Below are positions 1 through 8,602 of a DNA stretch of 64,000 nt, piece after piece. This DNA comes from a virus. Taxonomy: Duplodnaviria > Heunggongvirae > Uroviricota > Caudoviricetes. How positions within the stretch are numbered: position 1 is the first letter of the stretch; each line of letters starts with the position of its first letter. Under the pieces are notes generated by a model. That model had not been told where the DNA came from, ran no database searches, and saw nothing but the letters and a program-made list of their open reading frames with translations. The stretch spans positions 50,987 to 114,986 of IMG/VR virus record IMGVR_UViG_3300031993_000014. The stretch is one strand, 5' to 3'. The position numbers were made by a program, and so were the translations under genes.

Positions 1-33
1 CATCAACCTCTGCCTGTGTTCGCTCTTCGTATG

Positions 34-228
34 TCATACTGTTTCGTCCGTATTCATCGATACAAATAAGGATTCTTTCTTGATTTGTTGATCAAGCTCT
101 TTCTCTGTGTTCAGAAGTTCCTCCAGACGCTTGCTTTCAGCAGAATAAGCAGCACGGAGTTCTTTCTTCCTCTCGATACAAGCTTTGATCTCTTCAAGAA
201 TCTCCTTATGTTTAGAAATTGGATTCAT
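34..228 (-). CDS. small coiled-coil hypothetical protein
   Basis: 64-aa ORF with GAGG RBS (gaggtagaatATG), heptad-rich; stop overlaps ATG of the next gene (ATGA) that runs off the window. Confidence 0.7.
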   Translation of the reverse strand: MNPISKHKEILEEIKACIERKKELRAAYSAESKRLEELLNTEKELDQQIKKESLFVSMNTDETV

Positions 229-252
229 ATTCTACCTCGATAGAAAGTTCAG

Positions 253-1584
253 CTAAACATTTCTACCGTTCGGATATACGCACTTCAGTGTAGGGAATCT
301 TAAGCTCGGTAAACCTGTCTTGTCATCAACAGTCTCTTCAAAGTACTGGACACAGATGGTTTTACCTATGATGCGGCCAGGATGTTCGGCCCAATTAAGG
401 GATTCGTCTCTAGAGATACCGCTGCCGACCGTAACCTTGTTACCTTTGAACGTTATGTTCAGTCCGGTGCAGCAGTTATCAAACTTGACGTTACCGCGTC
501 CTGCCATGCTGTAGGTCTTCTCACCTACTTCGATGCTTTCTACGATGAACTCAGCATCTTCAAATTCTTTAACCTTCAATAAGGACTTCTTTCTTCCGCT
601 TTCATACGGTGCATCTTTACGAAGCATGAAGCCTTCCCAGTTGCCTTCTGCAACTCGTTTCTTCCACATCAGGAAGTCTGCTTCCGAGGTGATTCTTTCT
701 TGTTCGAGTGGATGAATAGCACAATACAGAGCATCACGGTCATGAGAGTCAGACATGGCTTCATTGAATAATTGTTTCATCGTCTCATAGCGTTCGCTGA
801 AGATCGGGCTGGTTTCTTTCATGTTAAACTCAGCTTCTGTCAGGAAATCGAACACGCGATAAGACGGGTTGGGAATCTGGAAATCCTTTTTAGAGATAAC
901 CTTCATGATAGACTTAAAGTCTTCATCGCCTTTCTCATCCACGATGCAGCACTCGCCATCAAAGACGTAGTTGCCATCGGTTTCAATATGAGAAGCCACT
1001 TCCCTGATGAAAGGCTTAAGGTTTTCCAAAGTAGTAAATCTGTGGTTGGTACGAGAGATAAAATCAACATCGCTAACATCACGGTTGACAACAGTAAAAT
1101 GTGTTGTACACCTTACGCCATCAAGCTTACGGCTTCCGAACCAAGTGCCGTCCGTTGGGTCTACACCCTTGACGTCCTTGATGTTCTTGGCTAGCGATAC
1201 TTCGTACTTGGTTTCATTGGGGTATGCGATCTCACGGTATGTCTTACCCGTGATACCGATCTTCATGTTGTGTTGAAGGACACAGTCAAGATATTCTTGG
1301 TCTTCTTCTCTGAACAGAGAGATAAGCTGTTCAACAGCCGACACAGCTTCATTTCCTGTGATCTCTCTAGCTGCAAGCCTCCTCAGAAGATCATGGAATT
1401 CCGGATAGTTCGCATCCAGAGTCTTTGTACCGACGGAGTCTACATTGTACTTCAGTACTCCGTATACCGCTGTAGTGTAACAGTCTTCCAAGATGGGCTT
1501 CAGTATTTCAAGATTAGCTCTGAGAATGTTGTGTTTTTCAGAACCGGGGGTTTGCTTGATTTTGTCAAGAATTTCTCTGATCAT
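253..1584 (-). CDS. lig: ATP-dependent DNA ligase
   Basis: KxDG adenylation motif (RKLDGVRC), FDGE, EGFMLRK, LLKVK and SLRFPT motifs; start moved to ATG 1584 (ttggagattacATG). Confidence 0.93.
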   Translation of the reverse strand: MIREILDKIKQTPGSEKHNILRANLEILKPILEDCYTTAVYGVLKYNVDSVGTKTLDANYPEFHDLLRRLAAREITGNEAVSAVEQLISLFREEDQEYLDCVLQHNMKIGITGKTYREIAYPNETKYEVSLAKNIKDVKGVDPTDGTWFGSRKLDGVRCTTHFTVVNRDVSDVDFISRTNHRFTTLENLKPFIREVASHIETDGNYVFDGECCIVDEKGDEDFKSIMKVISKKDFQIPNPSYRVFDFLTEAEFNMKETSPIFSERYETMKQLFNEAMSDSHDRDALYCAIHPLEQERITSEADFLMWKKRVAEGNWEGFMLRKDAPYESGRKKSLLKVKEFEDAEFIVESIEVGEKTYSMAGRGNVKFDNCCTGLNITFKGNKVTVGSGISRDESLNWAEHPGRIIGKTICVQYFEETVDDKTGLPSLRFPTLKCVYPNGRNV

Positions 1585-1600
1585 GTAATCTCCAAGATTT

Positions 1601-1634
1601 AAAAATGAAACGGGAGACACCGAAGTGTCTCCCG
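1601..1634 (-). terminator. intrinsic terminator
   Basis: perfect 10-bp stem CGGGAGACAC-UUCG-GUGUCUCCCG followed by UUUCAUUUUU. Confidence 0.85.
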
Positions 1635-1709
1635 CCCCTTAACCTAACCAAAGGAGTAAACAGGACGTGGAACCATACGCCCTCAGCCATCCTCTCATGA
1701 GGCATAGCC
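1601..1709 (-). ncRNA. candidate phage small RNA with anti-Shine-Dalgarno tract
   Basis: AACT-N6-TG promoter at 1709-1720, 5' hairpin, single-stranded GUUUACUCCUUUGGUUAGGUUAA, then a C(UUCG)G terminator; no RBS-led ORF inside. Confidence 0.6.
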
Positions 1710-1720
1710 AATGGTTAGTT
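1709..1720 (-). promoter_or_regulatory. AACT-N4-AWTR phage promoter (small RNA)
   Basis: AACTAACCATTG on the minus strand, exact match to the motif seen upstream of 19 other genes. Confidence 0.65.
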
Positions 1721-2545
1721 GAACGCCCTTTTCCCGTTTTTAAGGATGCGGCAAAGAGGCAGAACGATCTCTTCCAAAACTGGGTTCAGGTCTATGTCGT
1801 CTCGGAATTCATCCGGGAAGTCTCGATAGATGTGTTGAACCATGCCAGATACCGTGTGTTGAAGACGGAGTGTCATTGGAATGAATCCTGTCTTCAGGCT
1901 GACATAATACGATTTTGGTGCTCGTCGTTCCATGAGCTCTAACTTTAACTTTCTCAGGTCTGGAAGCAGAGCTATGGATTTCTCACCACGCTCAAGCCGT
2001 TTAAACCAGCCGAGAAGGAGCTTACCTATTCCGTCATTGAACGCTTGCCTAGCATTTTCCCCTACTCCTTTGATTTTCAGACTCCGTAAGTCTTTGTTGA
2101 CGAACACAGTGAATCGATTGAGCCGTAGATATCCGGCATACTCCTCAGCTCTTCTAAAGTGAACCTCGCCGAAATCTAATCTAGGCACTATTGTTCGATG
2201 TTCCATCACTGTGACGGAGTCATTGTTTATGGCTAAGAGATTTTCATCCGAATAGTCATTTTCTTGAAGAAAGTTCCTCACAGATTCTCGAATCCCGCGA
2301 GTGAGTTCCTTAGAGAATTCTGGATCTTTTGCTCTAATCTTTCCTACAACGATGTTCCTCTCAAGCTTAGGCATTGCCGACAGCATGGAGATATCCTCTG
2401 GAGAGAGAAGCTTTCGATCCTTGATGACAGAGAGACCCGCACTGCTCATGTCGTATTCACGAATGAGATAGGGCGAGAATCCATACAAAAATTCGATAGT
2501 CGGGTCTATGTAGGATGACTTCATAGCCAACTTTTCGGTCATCAT
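1715..2545 (-). CDS. conserved jumbo-phage protein with family-B polymerase palm-like motifs
   Basis: IREYDMSSAG (motif A-like), INNDSV (motif C-like), LKIKGV; resembles from memory a family conserved in AR9-like phages; RBS ggagactagatATG. Confidence 0.5.
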   Translation of the reverse strand: MMTEKLAMKSSYIDPTIEFLYGFSPYLIREYDMSSAGLSVIKDRKLLSPEDISMLSAMPKLERNIVVGKIRAKDPEFSKELTRGIRESVRNFLQENDYSDENLLAINNDSVTVMEHRTIVPRLDFGEVHFRRAEEYAGYLRLNRFTVFVNKDLRSLKIKGVGENARQAFNDGIGKLLLGWFKRLERGEKSIALLPDLRKLKLELMERRAPKSYYVSLKTGFIPMTLRLQHTVSGMVQHIYRDFPDEFRDDIDLNPVLEEIVLPLCRILKNGKRAFN

Positions 2546-2547
2546 AT

Positions 2548-3072
2548 CTAGTCTCCGAACAGAATGTCTATGGCTTTATCAAGATCCTTGATAATCGAGT
2601 CATCGAGTGACGCATAGATGTTGGCATACGTTTGGTCTGCCATTTCCAGAACCTTGAATTCAGACTTGATATACTCTGGGTCACGGCTTGGTCTTGAAGC
2701 ACAGCACTTTTCCAAATCTCTGTAGACACCCAGACACTTGGTAGTAGAATTCTTCAGACATTGAGCAATGTATCTGAAATCTTTGATACCGTCACCGTTG
2801 AGAATAAAAATCTGAATTCTCTGCTCTTTTCCATCCATGATACTCCCATAGGAGTTCTCACCAATGTGAGTAATTCCTACGAGAGAACTCGCTAGCTTCT
2901 TGAATTCGTCATGTGAAACGAACTTGTACTCATCGGGAGACTCGCCCTCTCGTCTAGGACGAGTAGTACACTGAGTCGCCTTCACGTACTTATCGGGAAA
3001 CATTTGAACCAAGAGTTTCACGAGCGTTGATTTTCCTGACCCTGATGGGCCACAGACGATTAAGTTTTTCAT
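2548..3072 (-). CDS. gmk: guanylate kinase
   Basis: GPSGSGKST P-loop plus TTRPRREGE..EYKFVS GMP-binding signature. Confidence 0.9.
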   Translation of the reverse strand: MKNLIVCGPSGSGKSTLVKLLVQMFPDKYVKATQCTTRPRREGESPDEYKFVSHDEFKKLASSLVGITHIGENSYGSIMDGKEQRIQIFILNGDGIKDFRYIAQCLKNSTTKCLGVYRDLEKCCASRPSRDPEYIKSEFKVLEMADQTYANIYASLDDSIIKDLDKAIDILFGD

Positions 3073-3121
3073 AGTAATCCTCGCTACTTTATTTAAAGTT
3101 AGGAGGATTCTCTAAACAGCA

Positions 3122-3337
3122 CTACTTATGTTCTTCTTGAGGCTTCGGCACTTCTGCTTCCACAGTAATTACTGAGTCATCCTCTGATGCGCCTTTAGGC
3201 TGTTCATCGGATTCGGCTTCAAGTTTCTTCTGTCTTTCGGCTAACTTCTCTTGAAGAATCTTCATTGCGGCAAGTCCAGCTGCACAAAGAGCTTTCTGAC
3301 CGACATTGACTGCGACTTTAATAAGAATTGGGTTCAT
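3122..3337 (-). CDS. hypothetical protein, acidic C-terminal tail
   Basis: 71-aa ORF, RBS acggagaatctATG, early-type promoter at 3367-3378. Confidence 0.7.
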   Translation of the reverse strand: MNPILIKVAVNVGQKALCAAGLAAMKILQEKLAERQKKLEAESDEQPKGASEDDSVITVEAEVPKPQEEHK

Positions 3338-3366
3338 AGATTCTCCGTTTTAAGTGGGTGTTGCTG

Positions 3367-3378
3367 TTTCTTTATATA
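3367..3378 (-). promoter_or_regulatory. early-type promoter motif TATATAAAGAAA
   Basis: same motif at 16258(+), 42844(-), 57474(-), 47344(+). Confidence 0.55.
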
Positions 3379-3407
3379 TTTTTTCTTCTCTATTTAAACT
3401 CAAAGAA

Positions 3408-3438
3408 AATAAAAAGAGGTAGCCTTTCGGCTATCTCT
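3408..3438 (-). terminator. intrinsic terminator after infA
   Basis: agagatagcc-gaaa-ggctacctct followed by a T run. Confidence 0.8.
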
Positions 3439-3657
3439 CTATTTGTAACGGAATGTGATAAATCCCCTCGTAAGATCATAGGGACATATCTCAATCTGTA
3501 CACGATCGTCAGGCAAGACTCTGATGAAGTTCTTCCTGAGTTTCCCCTTAATGGTACAGATTACTTCATGGTCATTGTCAAGCTTCACCCTGTAGCGCCC
3601 ATTACTGAGACACTCAAGGCAGGTAGCATCAACCTTAATTCCTTCTTCTTTAGCCAT
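3439..3657 (-). CDS. infA: translation initiation factor IF-1
   Basis: 72 aa MAKEEGIKV...RVKLDNDHEV...GKLRKNFIRVLPDDRVQIEICPYDLTRGFITFRYK is typical IF-1; RBS gaaggagaagaATG. Confidence 0.93.
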   Translation of the reverse strand: MAKEEGIKVDATCLECLSNGRYRVKLDNDHEVICTIKGKLRKNFIRVLPDDRVQIEICPYDLTRGFITFRYK

Positions 3658-3667
3658 TCTTCTCCTT

Positions 3668-5047
3668 CTAGCCGGACACAAGGAAGTCAAGTCCAACTCG
3701 ATAGTCTTTTCTTGGGAGGAAGTCCTTGCTGACTTCTCCGTTGTTGAAATCAAAGACGAGATCAAACGGTCTGATATTCGCAAACGCTTTTTGTCCGTTA
3801 TTTGGTAATTCAAACAGATTCAAGACGTCACCGTCAAGGTCTGCATTAAGCGGTGTGAATATCATCACGCTGATGTTCATAGTGCAATCTCTCGGATCGC
3901 GTTTGATCTTGGTAACTCTAACTTTCTGAAGAGACCCAAGTGCAATACTCGGATTTCGGTTCAAGATAGCCGGGAAGCCATTTTCTCCAAGCTCTTCGCA
4001 AGCGATGTCATACACCGTCTCGTCAAATTCTCTCTGTGCGTTTTCTACACGCACCTTGGCATCTTCGATAGGCATCTTGTACTCTCTATGGAGTCTTCCC
4101 ATAATCTGAAGCTTCATCAGTTCCAGTCCTGCCACATACGGGACATACACTGCATCCGGTGCTTCTTCAAGAGGAGTAGGAATAATCACACAGCGAGCCG
4201 AGAAGTTCAATCGACCTGCCAACATGAGGTTTCTAATGATACCAGTCTTTCCATTCAGAGATTCGATGATGGTCTCATACAGTTCATTCACAAGCTGTTG
4301 CATCTTAGCAAACAGTGGGAAGACCGACAGAGGTTCATTGTCAAATCCGAGCGTTCTATAACAAGATACGAGCCTAGTAAGTTGCAGGTACTTGGTGTTC
4401 AGTTCATCCTGAATCACGTGCTTACCTTTCACCAGACACGGTCTAAGTTTAGATGAAATTACTGGCAATTTAGAAATGAAGACTTTGTCTCTGTTAGCTC
4501 TGATAAACTGATAGAGACGCATCTTTTCAGGGTCTTTTCCAGCATTGGGCTTAAACAGCTCCATGATGGAATCAAAATTCGCTTCAAAGTCCGGCAGACC
4601 CAAACCCGTCAATTCCGGATAGGGATTGTTTGGTGTTTTTGGTTCCTTGGACTCACATACATTACCGTCGATATCGATGGGTATTTGTGCATACAGAATC
4701 GACTTCAAGCGCTTACTGCCGATGTATCTTTCAATGAAAGGATAGATGGCAGGATGAATGATCTTGAATTCGTTGCTGATATCGATCCATCCCAAATTTT
4801 CGATTTTACTTCCGCTTTCGTGACATGCAGTATGGCAATCTTCGCAGATAAGACCATCATTGGTTCTTCCTCTGAGATTGCCGCAAGCACAGCTGAAAGT
4901 CTTTTCAGATCCGTCCAGTGTTCCAAACAGTGCCGGACTGAAGATGGAGTCATTAGCGAAAGTTCCGTCTTTGTTCAGAGCTTCGCTGCTTGTGATAACT
5001 CGTGTAGGGTCAAACTCTTCGTCTATGTTGTATATTTCTAGTCTCAT
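3668..5047 (-). CDS. RNA polymerase beta'-N catalytic subunit (probably non-virion RNAP, AR9 gp270-like)
   Basis: CACG..CEDC zinc site, GRLNFSARCVI, LNRNPS, catalytic NADLDGD; overall layout matches recalled AR9 nvRNAP beta'-N. Confidence 0.88.
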   Translation of the reverse strand: MRLEIYNIDEEFDPTRVITSSEALNKDGTFANDSIFSPALFGTLDGSEKTFSCACGNLRGRTNDGLICEDCHTACHESGSKIENLGWIDISNEFKIIHPAIYPFIERYIGSKRLKSILYAQIPIDIDGNVCESKEPKTPNNPYPELTGLGLPDFEANFDSIMELFKPNAGKDPEKMRLYQFIRANRDKVFISKLPVISSKLRPCLVKGKHVIQDELNTKYLQLTRLVSCYRTLGFDNEPLSVFPLFAKMQQLVNELYETIIESLNGKTGIIRNLMLAGRLNFSARCVIIPTPLEEAPDAVYVPYVAGLELMKLQIMGRLHREYKMPIEDAKVRVENAQREFDETVYDIACEELGENGFPAILNRNPSIALGSLQKVRVTKIKRDPRDCTMNISVMIFTPLNADLDGDVLNLFELPNNGQKAFANIRPFDLVFDFNNGEVSKDFLPRKDYRVGLDFLVSG

Positions 5048-5065
5048 GTTTGTCCTTTTGCGGTT

Positions 5066-5077
5066 TAATTATTAGTT
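5066..5077 (-). promoter_or_regulatory. AACT-N4-AWTR phage promoter
   Basis: AACTAATAATTA upstream of the beta'-N RBS; early-like TATATTAAGA just upstream (about 5086-5096). Confidence 0.6.
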
Positions 5078-5191
5078 ATCAGCATCTCTTAATATAGGAT
5101 TGAAGGACGGTCTTTCTAAGATCCGTAAAATTTTGCAGCTTGACAGTTTAATAATTCATGAACAATAAACCAATAGCTCAGGAGGCTTACT

Positions 5192-5479
5192 ATGAATCTG
5201 GAACAAGCAAAAACAATCATCCTCTCTAAGAAGAATTCCTTTACGTCTGACTTTGTCTGGTGTCTTGAAAATATTATTCTTAGAGGCAATGACGACTTAG
5301 CTGAAAGCATGCGTTGCTTTCTCCTTAATGGAACTATGTGGGATTCAAATCATAAGAATTACACGCAGTTCATCGAGGATTTGAAGAATCTCAAAGAAAT
5401 CGTCAATGAAGACAAGGATGCTGTGAAATACATTAATGGTTATTTGAACCGTGACATCATGGTTCTGAATAACATTTAA
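5192..5479 (+). CDS. hypothetical protein
   Basis: 95 aa, RBS caggaggcttactATG, followed by a terminator. Confidence 0.75.
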   Translation: MNLEQAKTIILSKKNSFTSDFVWCLENIILRGNDDLAESMRCFLLNGTMWDSNHKNYTQFIEDLKNLKEIVNEDKDAVKYINGYLNRDIMVLNNI

Positions 5480-5495
5480 GAAATTTCCTTCTAAC

Positions 5496-5530
5496 AAGCG
5501 GTGGCTCGAAAGAGCTGCCGCTTTCTTTTT
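5496..5530 (+). terminator. intrinsic terminator
   Basis: aagcggtggctc-gaaa-gagctgccgctt plus T run; near-copy at 11810-11843. Confidence 0.85.
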
Positions 5531-5558
5531 ACATTTATTTTAATAGGAGAAAAATAAA

Positions 5559-5729
5559 ATGGCAACAATAACCGCAAGGTACGGAAAGCAGATTGTCGCA
5601 GAGCATATTGAAAGCTACGACTATCCGCCTGGTACACGTCCTTTCTACGAGGTCGAAATGACCTCTGGAGCGAAATATCTTGTTAGCAAGTCAGAACTCG
5701 GGAAAGTATTTCCCGAAGTTCTTAGATAA
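5559..5729 (+). CDS. small hypothetical protein (56 aa, not in ORF track)
   Basis: MATITARYGKQIVAEHIESYDYPPGTRPFYEVEMTSGAKYLVSKSELGKVFPEVLR, RBS taggagaaaaataaaATG. Confidence 0.7.
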   Translation: MATITARYGKQIVAEHIESYDYPPGTRPFYEVEMTSGAKYLVSKSELGKVFPEVLR

Positions 5730-5814
5730 TACTAGCGGTAATAGCCGCTTTTATTTTTCTATGATCCTAACTTTGTATAGAGTGTAAACAGCTGTATATA
5801 AATAGAGGATTATT

Positions 5815-6081
5815 ATGAACAGGAAACCTTATAGGTTCAATAGTATCTCGGTAAGGGTTGGCGAGAAGAAGATTCTCGGACGGTGGACTATCTGCGAGAC
5901 GGAGTGTATCTTCGTATGCAAAGAGAAGCTACCGGAAGCTATTGGGCGACTGTTTAGAATAACTGTATCTGTAGATCCTGATACTTTGAAGCCATTCTCG
6001 TATGGGCTTCATATCCCCTCTTCTTATGACGGATTTGAGGATCTACGGAGAAAACTACACAACAAAAAGGAAACAGCATAA
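5815..6081 (+). CDS. hypothetical protein
   Basis: 88 aa, RBS agaggattattATG, abuts the AAA ATPase gene. Confidence 0.7.
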   Translation: MNRKPYRFNSISVRVGEKKILGRWTICETECIFVCKEKLPEAIGRLFRITVSVDPDTLKPFSYGLHIPSSYDGFEDLRRKLHNKKETA

Positions 6082-7377
6082 ATGTCATCTATCGCAACTA
6101 TCGACAGGTTCGTCCGATATGCACTCACACCCCATATTACTTTGGGTTTCGAAGGTCTTCATGGCGTAGGAAAAACTTCCTATGCCAAATTTACAATGCC
6201 TCTGTTGCTTGCGGAACGCTTCAAGGTTGATCCGAGTCGTGTTCATGTCATCGATAAGTGTGCTTCACAGCTCGAACCTGCTGACCTCATTGGTGGCTTC
6301 CGTGAACACATGGGAAGAACCTATAACTGTCCTCCCATCTGGATCCCTGTGGCAAAGTCCTACGATGACGAAATGATCAGCATCTTCGGGGCAGACAAGT
6401 ATAAACCAGTCACTAACTATGACGACTATTACATCTTGTTTATCGATGAATGGCGTCGTGGAACTCCGCAGATTGCCAATGCACTGATGGAACTGACTTC
6501 ATCACAAAGAATCTTCGGTGTTCCTCTTCACGAAAAGTGCTTCGTGGTTGTGGCCGACAATGACGACCTTTCTATCTACAACGGCAATACTAGCATCGAC
6601 CCTGCGCAGATTGACCGTGTTAAGAACTTCCAGTACGCTCCCACTGATGAAGAATTCCTCTCCATCTACAAACAGCGTGTCTCCGAAGACTGGATCCACC
6701 CGGCTGTTCTCGAATATCTCCTGACTTACAGGGCGGATATTGTTGCACCACGCGAGACAATTCGCGCATGTGCTCTCAAACATGAAAAGACCGTATCTCC
6801 AAGAGCATGGGAAGAACTTGGTCATAGCCTCAATACTGCTAGACACAATGGTTATGACTATGTTGAAGAAGCAGCTGCTCGTGTTGAAAATGCAGATGAA
6901 CTTGAAGAAGTCGCAAGATCCCATATTGGAGATAGAGGCTCTGCGTTCTCGCTCTTCTGCCAAGACCGTAAGGGCATGACGGTTGACATCAATGCAGTTC
7001 TCTATGGCGGCGGTTCAGCTTCTTCCGAAACGACACGCAAACAGCTTCTCGAACGTGTTAAGGAAATGAAGCCATTGTCGTTCCCGGTATTCGCCTATAA
7101 CTTGTCTAGGACACTTGCCGAAAAGAAGCTTCCGAGACCGGAATATGGAAGGAACCTATTGGAACTCATGGGTTGTCTTCCGGATGAAGCCATCACTGCA
7201 TGCTGGACTGACTGGAGCAATGCTGATGCTACAACAGCAATGAACTGGATGAACTACTCCGGTGCCAGAATGAACATGATTTACAAGACTTACGGTGGAT
7301 ATAAGTCATGGTCTGCTACCCAGAAAGCTAAGGGTATCGACCTCACTTCGGATGAACCCATCATCAAGGCGGCGTAA
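6082..7377 (+). CDS. MoxR-like AAA+ ATPase
   Basis: Walker A GLHGVGKTS, LEPADLIG, Walker B LFIDEWRRG, DPAQIDR arginine finger, SPRAWE sensor. Confidence 0.85.
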   Translation: MSSIATIDRFVRYALTPHITLGFEGLHGVGKTSYAKFTMPLLLAERFKVDPSRVHVIDKCASQLEPADLIGGFREHMGRTYNCPPIWIPVAKSYDDEMISIFGADKYKPVTNYDDYYILFIDEWRRGTPQIANALMELTSSQRIFGVPLHEKCFVVVADNDDLSIYNGNTSIDPAQIDRVKNFQYAPTDEEFLSIYKQRVSEDWIHPAVLEYLLTYRADIVAPRETIRACALKHEKTVSPRAWEELGHSLNTARHNGYDYVEEAAARVENADELEEVARSHIGDRGSAFSLFCQDRKGMTVDINAVLYGGGSASSETTRKQLLERVKEMKPLSFPVFAYNLSRTLAEKKLPRPEYGRNLLELMGCLPDEAITACWTDWSNADATTAMNWMNYSGARMNMIYKTYGGYKSWSATQKAKGIDLTSDEPIIKAA

Positions 7378-8570
7378 TGGCGGTAAGCATTGAGAAACTT
7401 CTAAAGAAGAATATCAACATTCTCTCTTTGTCAAGTCCTTATGCTTTCAATTTGCTTATCCGTATCTTCGTGCAACTCAGCGAAGATGTCGGTACTATGG
7501 GAGTAAGAGTGAATCACGGATTGTTCGACTTGAGATATAGCGAAGAATTCGTAAGACCTCTCAAAGTCTCGATGCGAAGCTTCGTGCTCGTACATGAGTG
7601 TTTGCATATATTGTTGCATCACTGCACGGACTATCGTAGACCAGCAAATCCTGACAGTGCGAAGATAGACAATATCGCAATGGACTTAGCGGTAAACTCG
7701 CTGATAAACTGTGATAATATCCTGCTAGAGAGACCTAAAAAATTCGATCCTGCCACCGGACAATTCGGCGAAGAGATTGGAATGTTTCCGGAGAAATTCG
7801 GGTATCCTTCTTATCTCTCCTATGAAGAATACCGCGATCGCATGAATGAAGACATCAAGAACGGCAAGCTTTCCATTGAAGTTCTAAGGATTCTCTTAGA
7901 GAAGAATGGATTTGACGAGCATGATGAATTCACTGATGACGCATCAGCAGATTCCAGAGCAAAGGCATTCTTCGAACATTGCGACCGTAACCATATGTGG
8001 GGTAAAATGTCTCTTGAAGCTCTTAACCAGATTAAGATAGCCCAAAGTAGACAGATTCCCTGGAGTCAGTATCTCAGATTCTATGCTGGGAGACTTATAG
8101 CTTGGGAAAAGCAACCCACACGAAGAAGATGGCACAAGATGTTCGGGAAACCGTTCCTTGGCGAAGAATATAAGACCAATAGCCCTATTGGATGTTATCT
8201 CGATGTTTCCGGCTCTATGAACGATGAAGATAAATCTTTGTTCCTTGGAGAAATGCGGAGACTGACAGAGTATTGTCCGATCTACCTTTGGACGTTTGAT
8301 GCCGAGGTGGAGAACCCAGAAGAGTTCCGTCTTCTCACGGAGAAGGACTTCATGGGGGTAACACTCGGGTTAGCTGGCGGGGGCGGTACAAGATTCCAGC
8401 CTATCGCTGACCATGCAGTGGCACATAATATCCGCAGCATAGTGATACTTACGGATGGCTATGCCGAACCAATAGGTGTATTACCGCCGGGATTCAATGT
8501 ACTATGGATCATTACAAAAGACGGTAAGCATAATCCGACCAACCCAGGTCAGATGGTGCACATGAAATAA
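7377..8570 (+). CDS. VWA-domain protein with N-terminal HEXXH metallopeptidase-like domain (DUF2201-like)
   Basis: HECLHILLHH, NIAMDLAVN, MIDAS DVSGSM, GGGGTRF, LTDG; stop/start overlap with the ATPase. Confidence 0.85.
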   Translation: MAVSIEKLLKKNINILSLSSPYAFNLLIRIFVQLSEDVGTMGVRVNHGLFDLRYSEEFVRPLKVSMRSFVLVHECLHILLHHCTDYRRPANPDSAKIDNIAMDLAVNSLINCDNILLERPKKFDPATGQFGEEIGMFPEKFGYPSYLSYEEYRDRMNEDIKNGKLSIEVLRILLEKNGFDEHDEFTDDASADSRAKAFFEHCDRNHMWGKMSLEALNQIKIAQSRQIPWSQYLRFYAGRLIAWEKQPTRRRWHKMFGKPFLGEEYKTNSPIGCYLDVSGSMNDEDKSLFLGEMRRLTEYCPIYLWTFDAEVENPEEFRLLTEKDFMGVTLGLAGGGGTRFQPIADHAVAHNIRSIVILTDGYAEPIGVLPPGFNVLWIITKDGKHNPTNPGQMVHMK

Positions 8571-8574
8571 AGTT

Positions 8575-8602
8575 GAAGCTCCTTCGGGAGCTTTTCTTTT
8601 TT
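8575..8602 (+). terminator. intrinsic terminator
   Basis: gaagctcc-ttcg-ggagcttt plus T run. Confidence 0.85.

Noticed and set aside
1667-1942. Plus-strand 91-aa ORF with an apparent aaaggag RBS and GTG start (possible type I toxin)
   Set aside because: It lies mostly antisense to the conserved 1715-2545 gene, has no hydrophobic toxin character and no plus-strand promoter was seen; the RBS-like text is better explained as the complement of the sRNA tract, though this is not excluded
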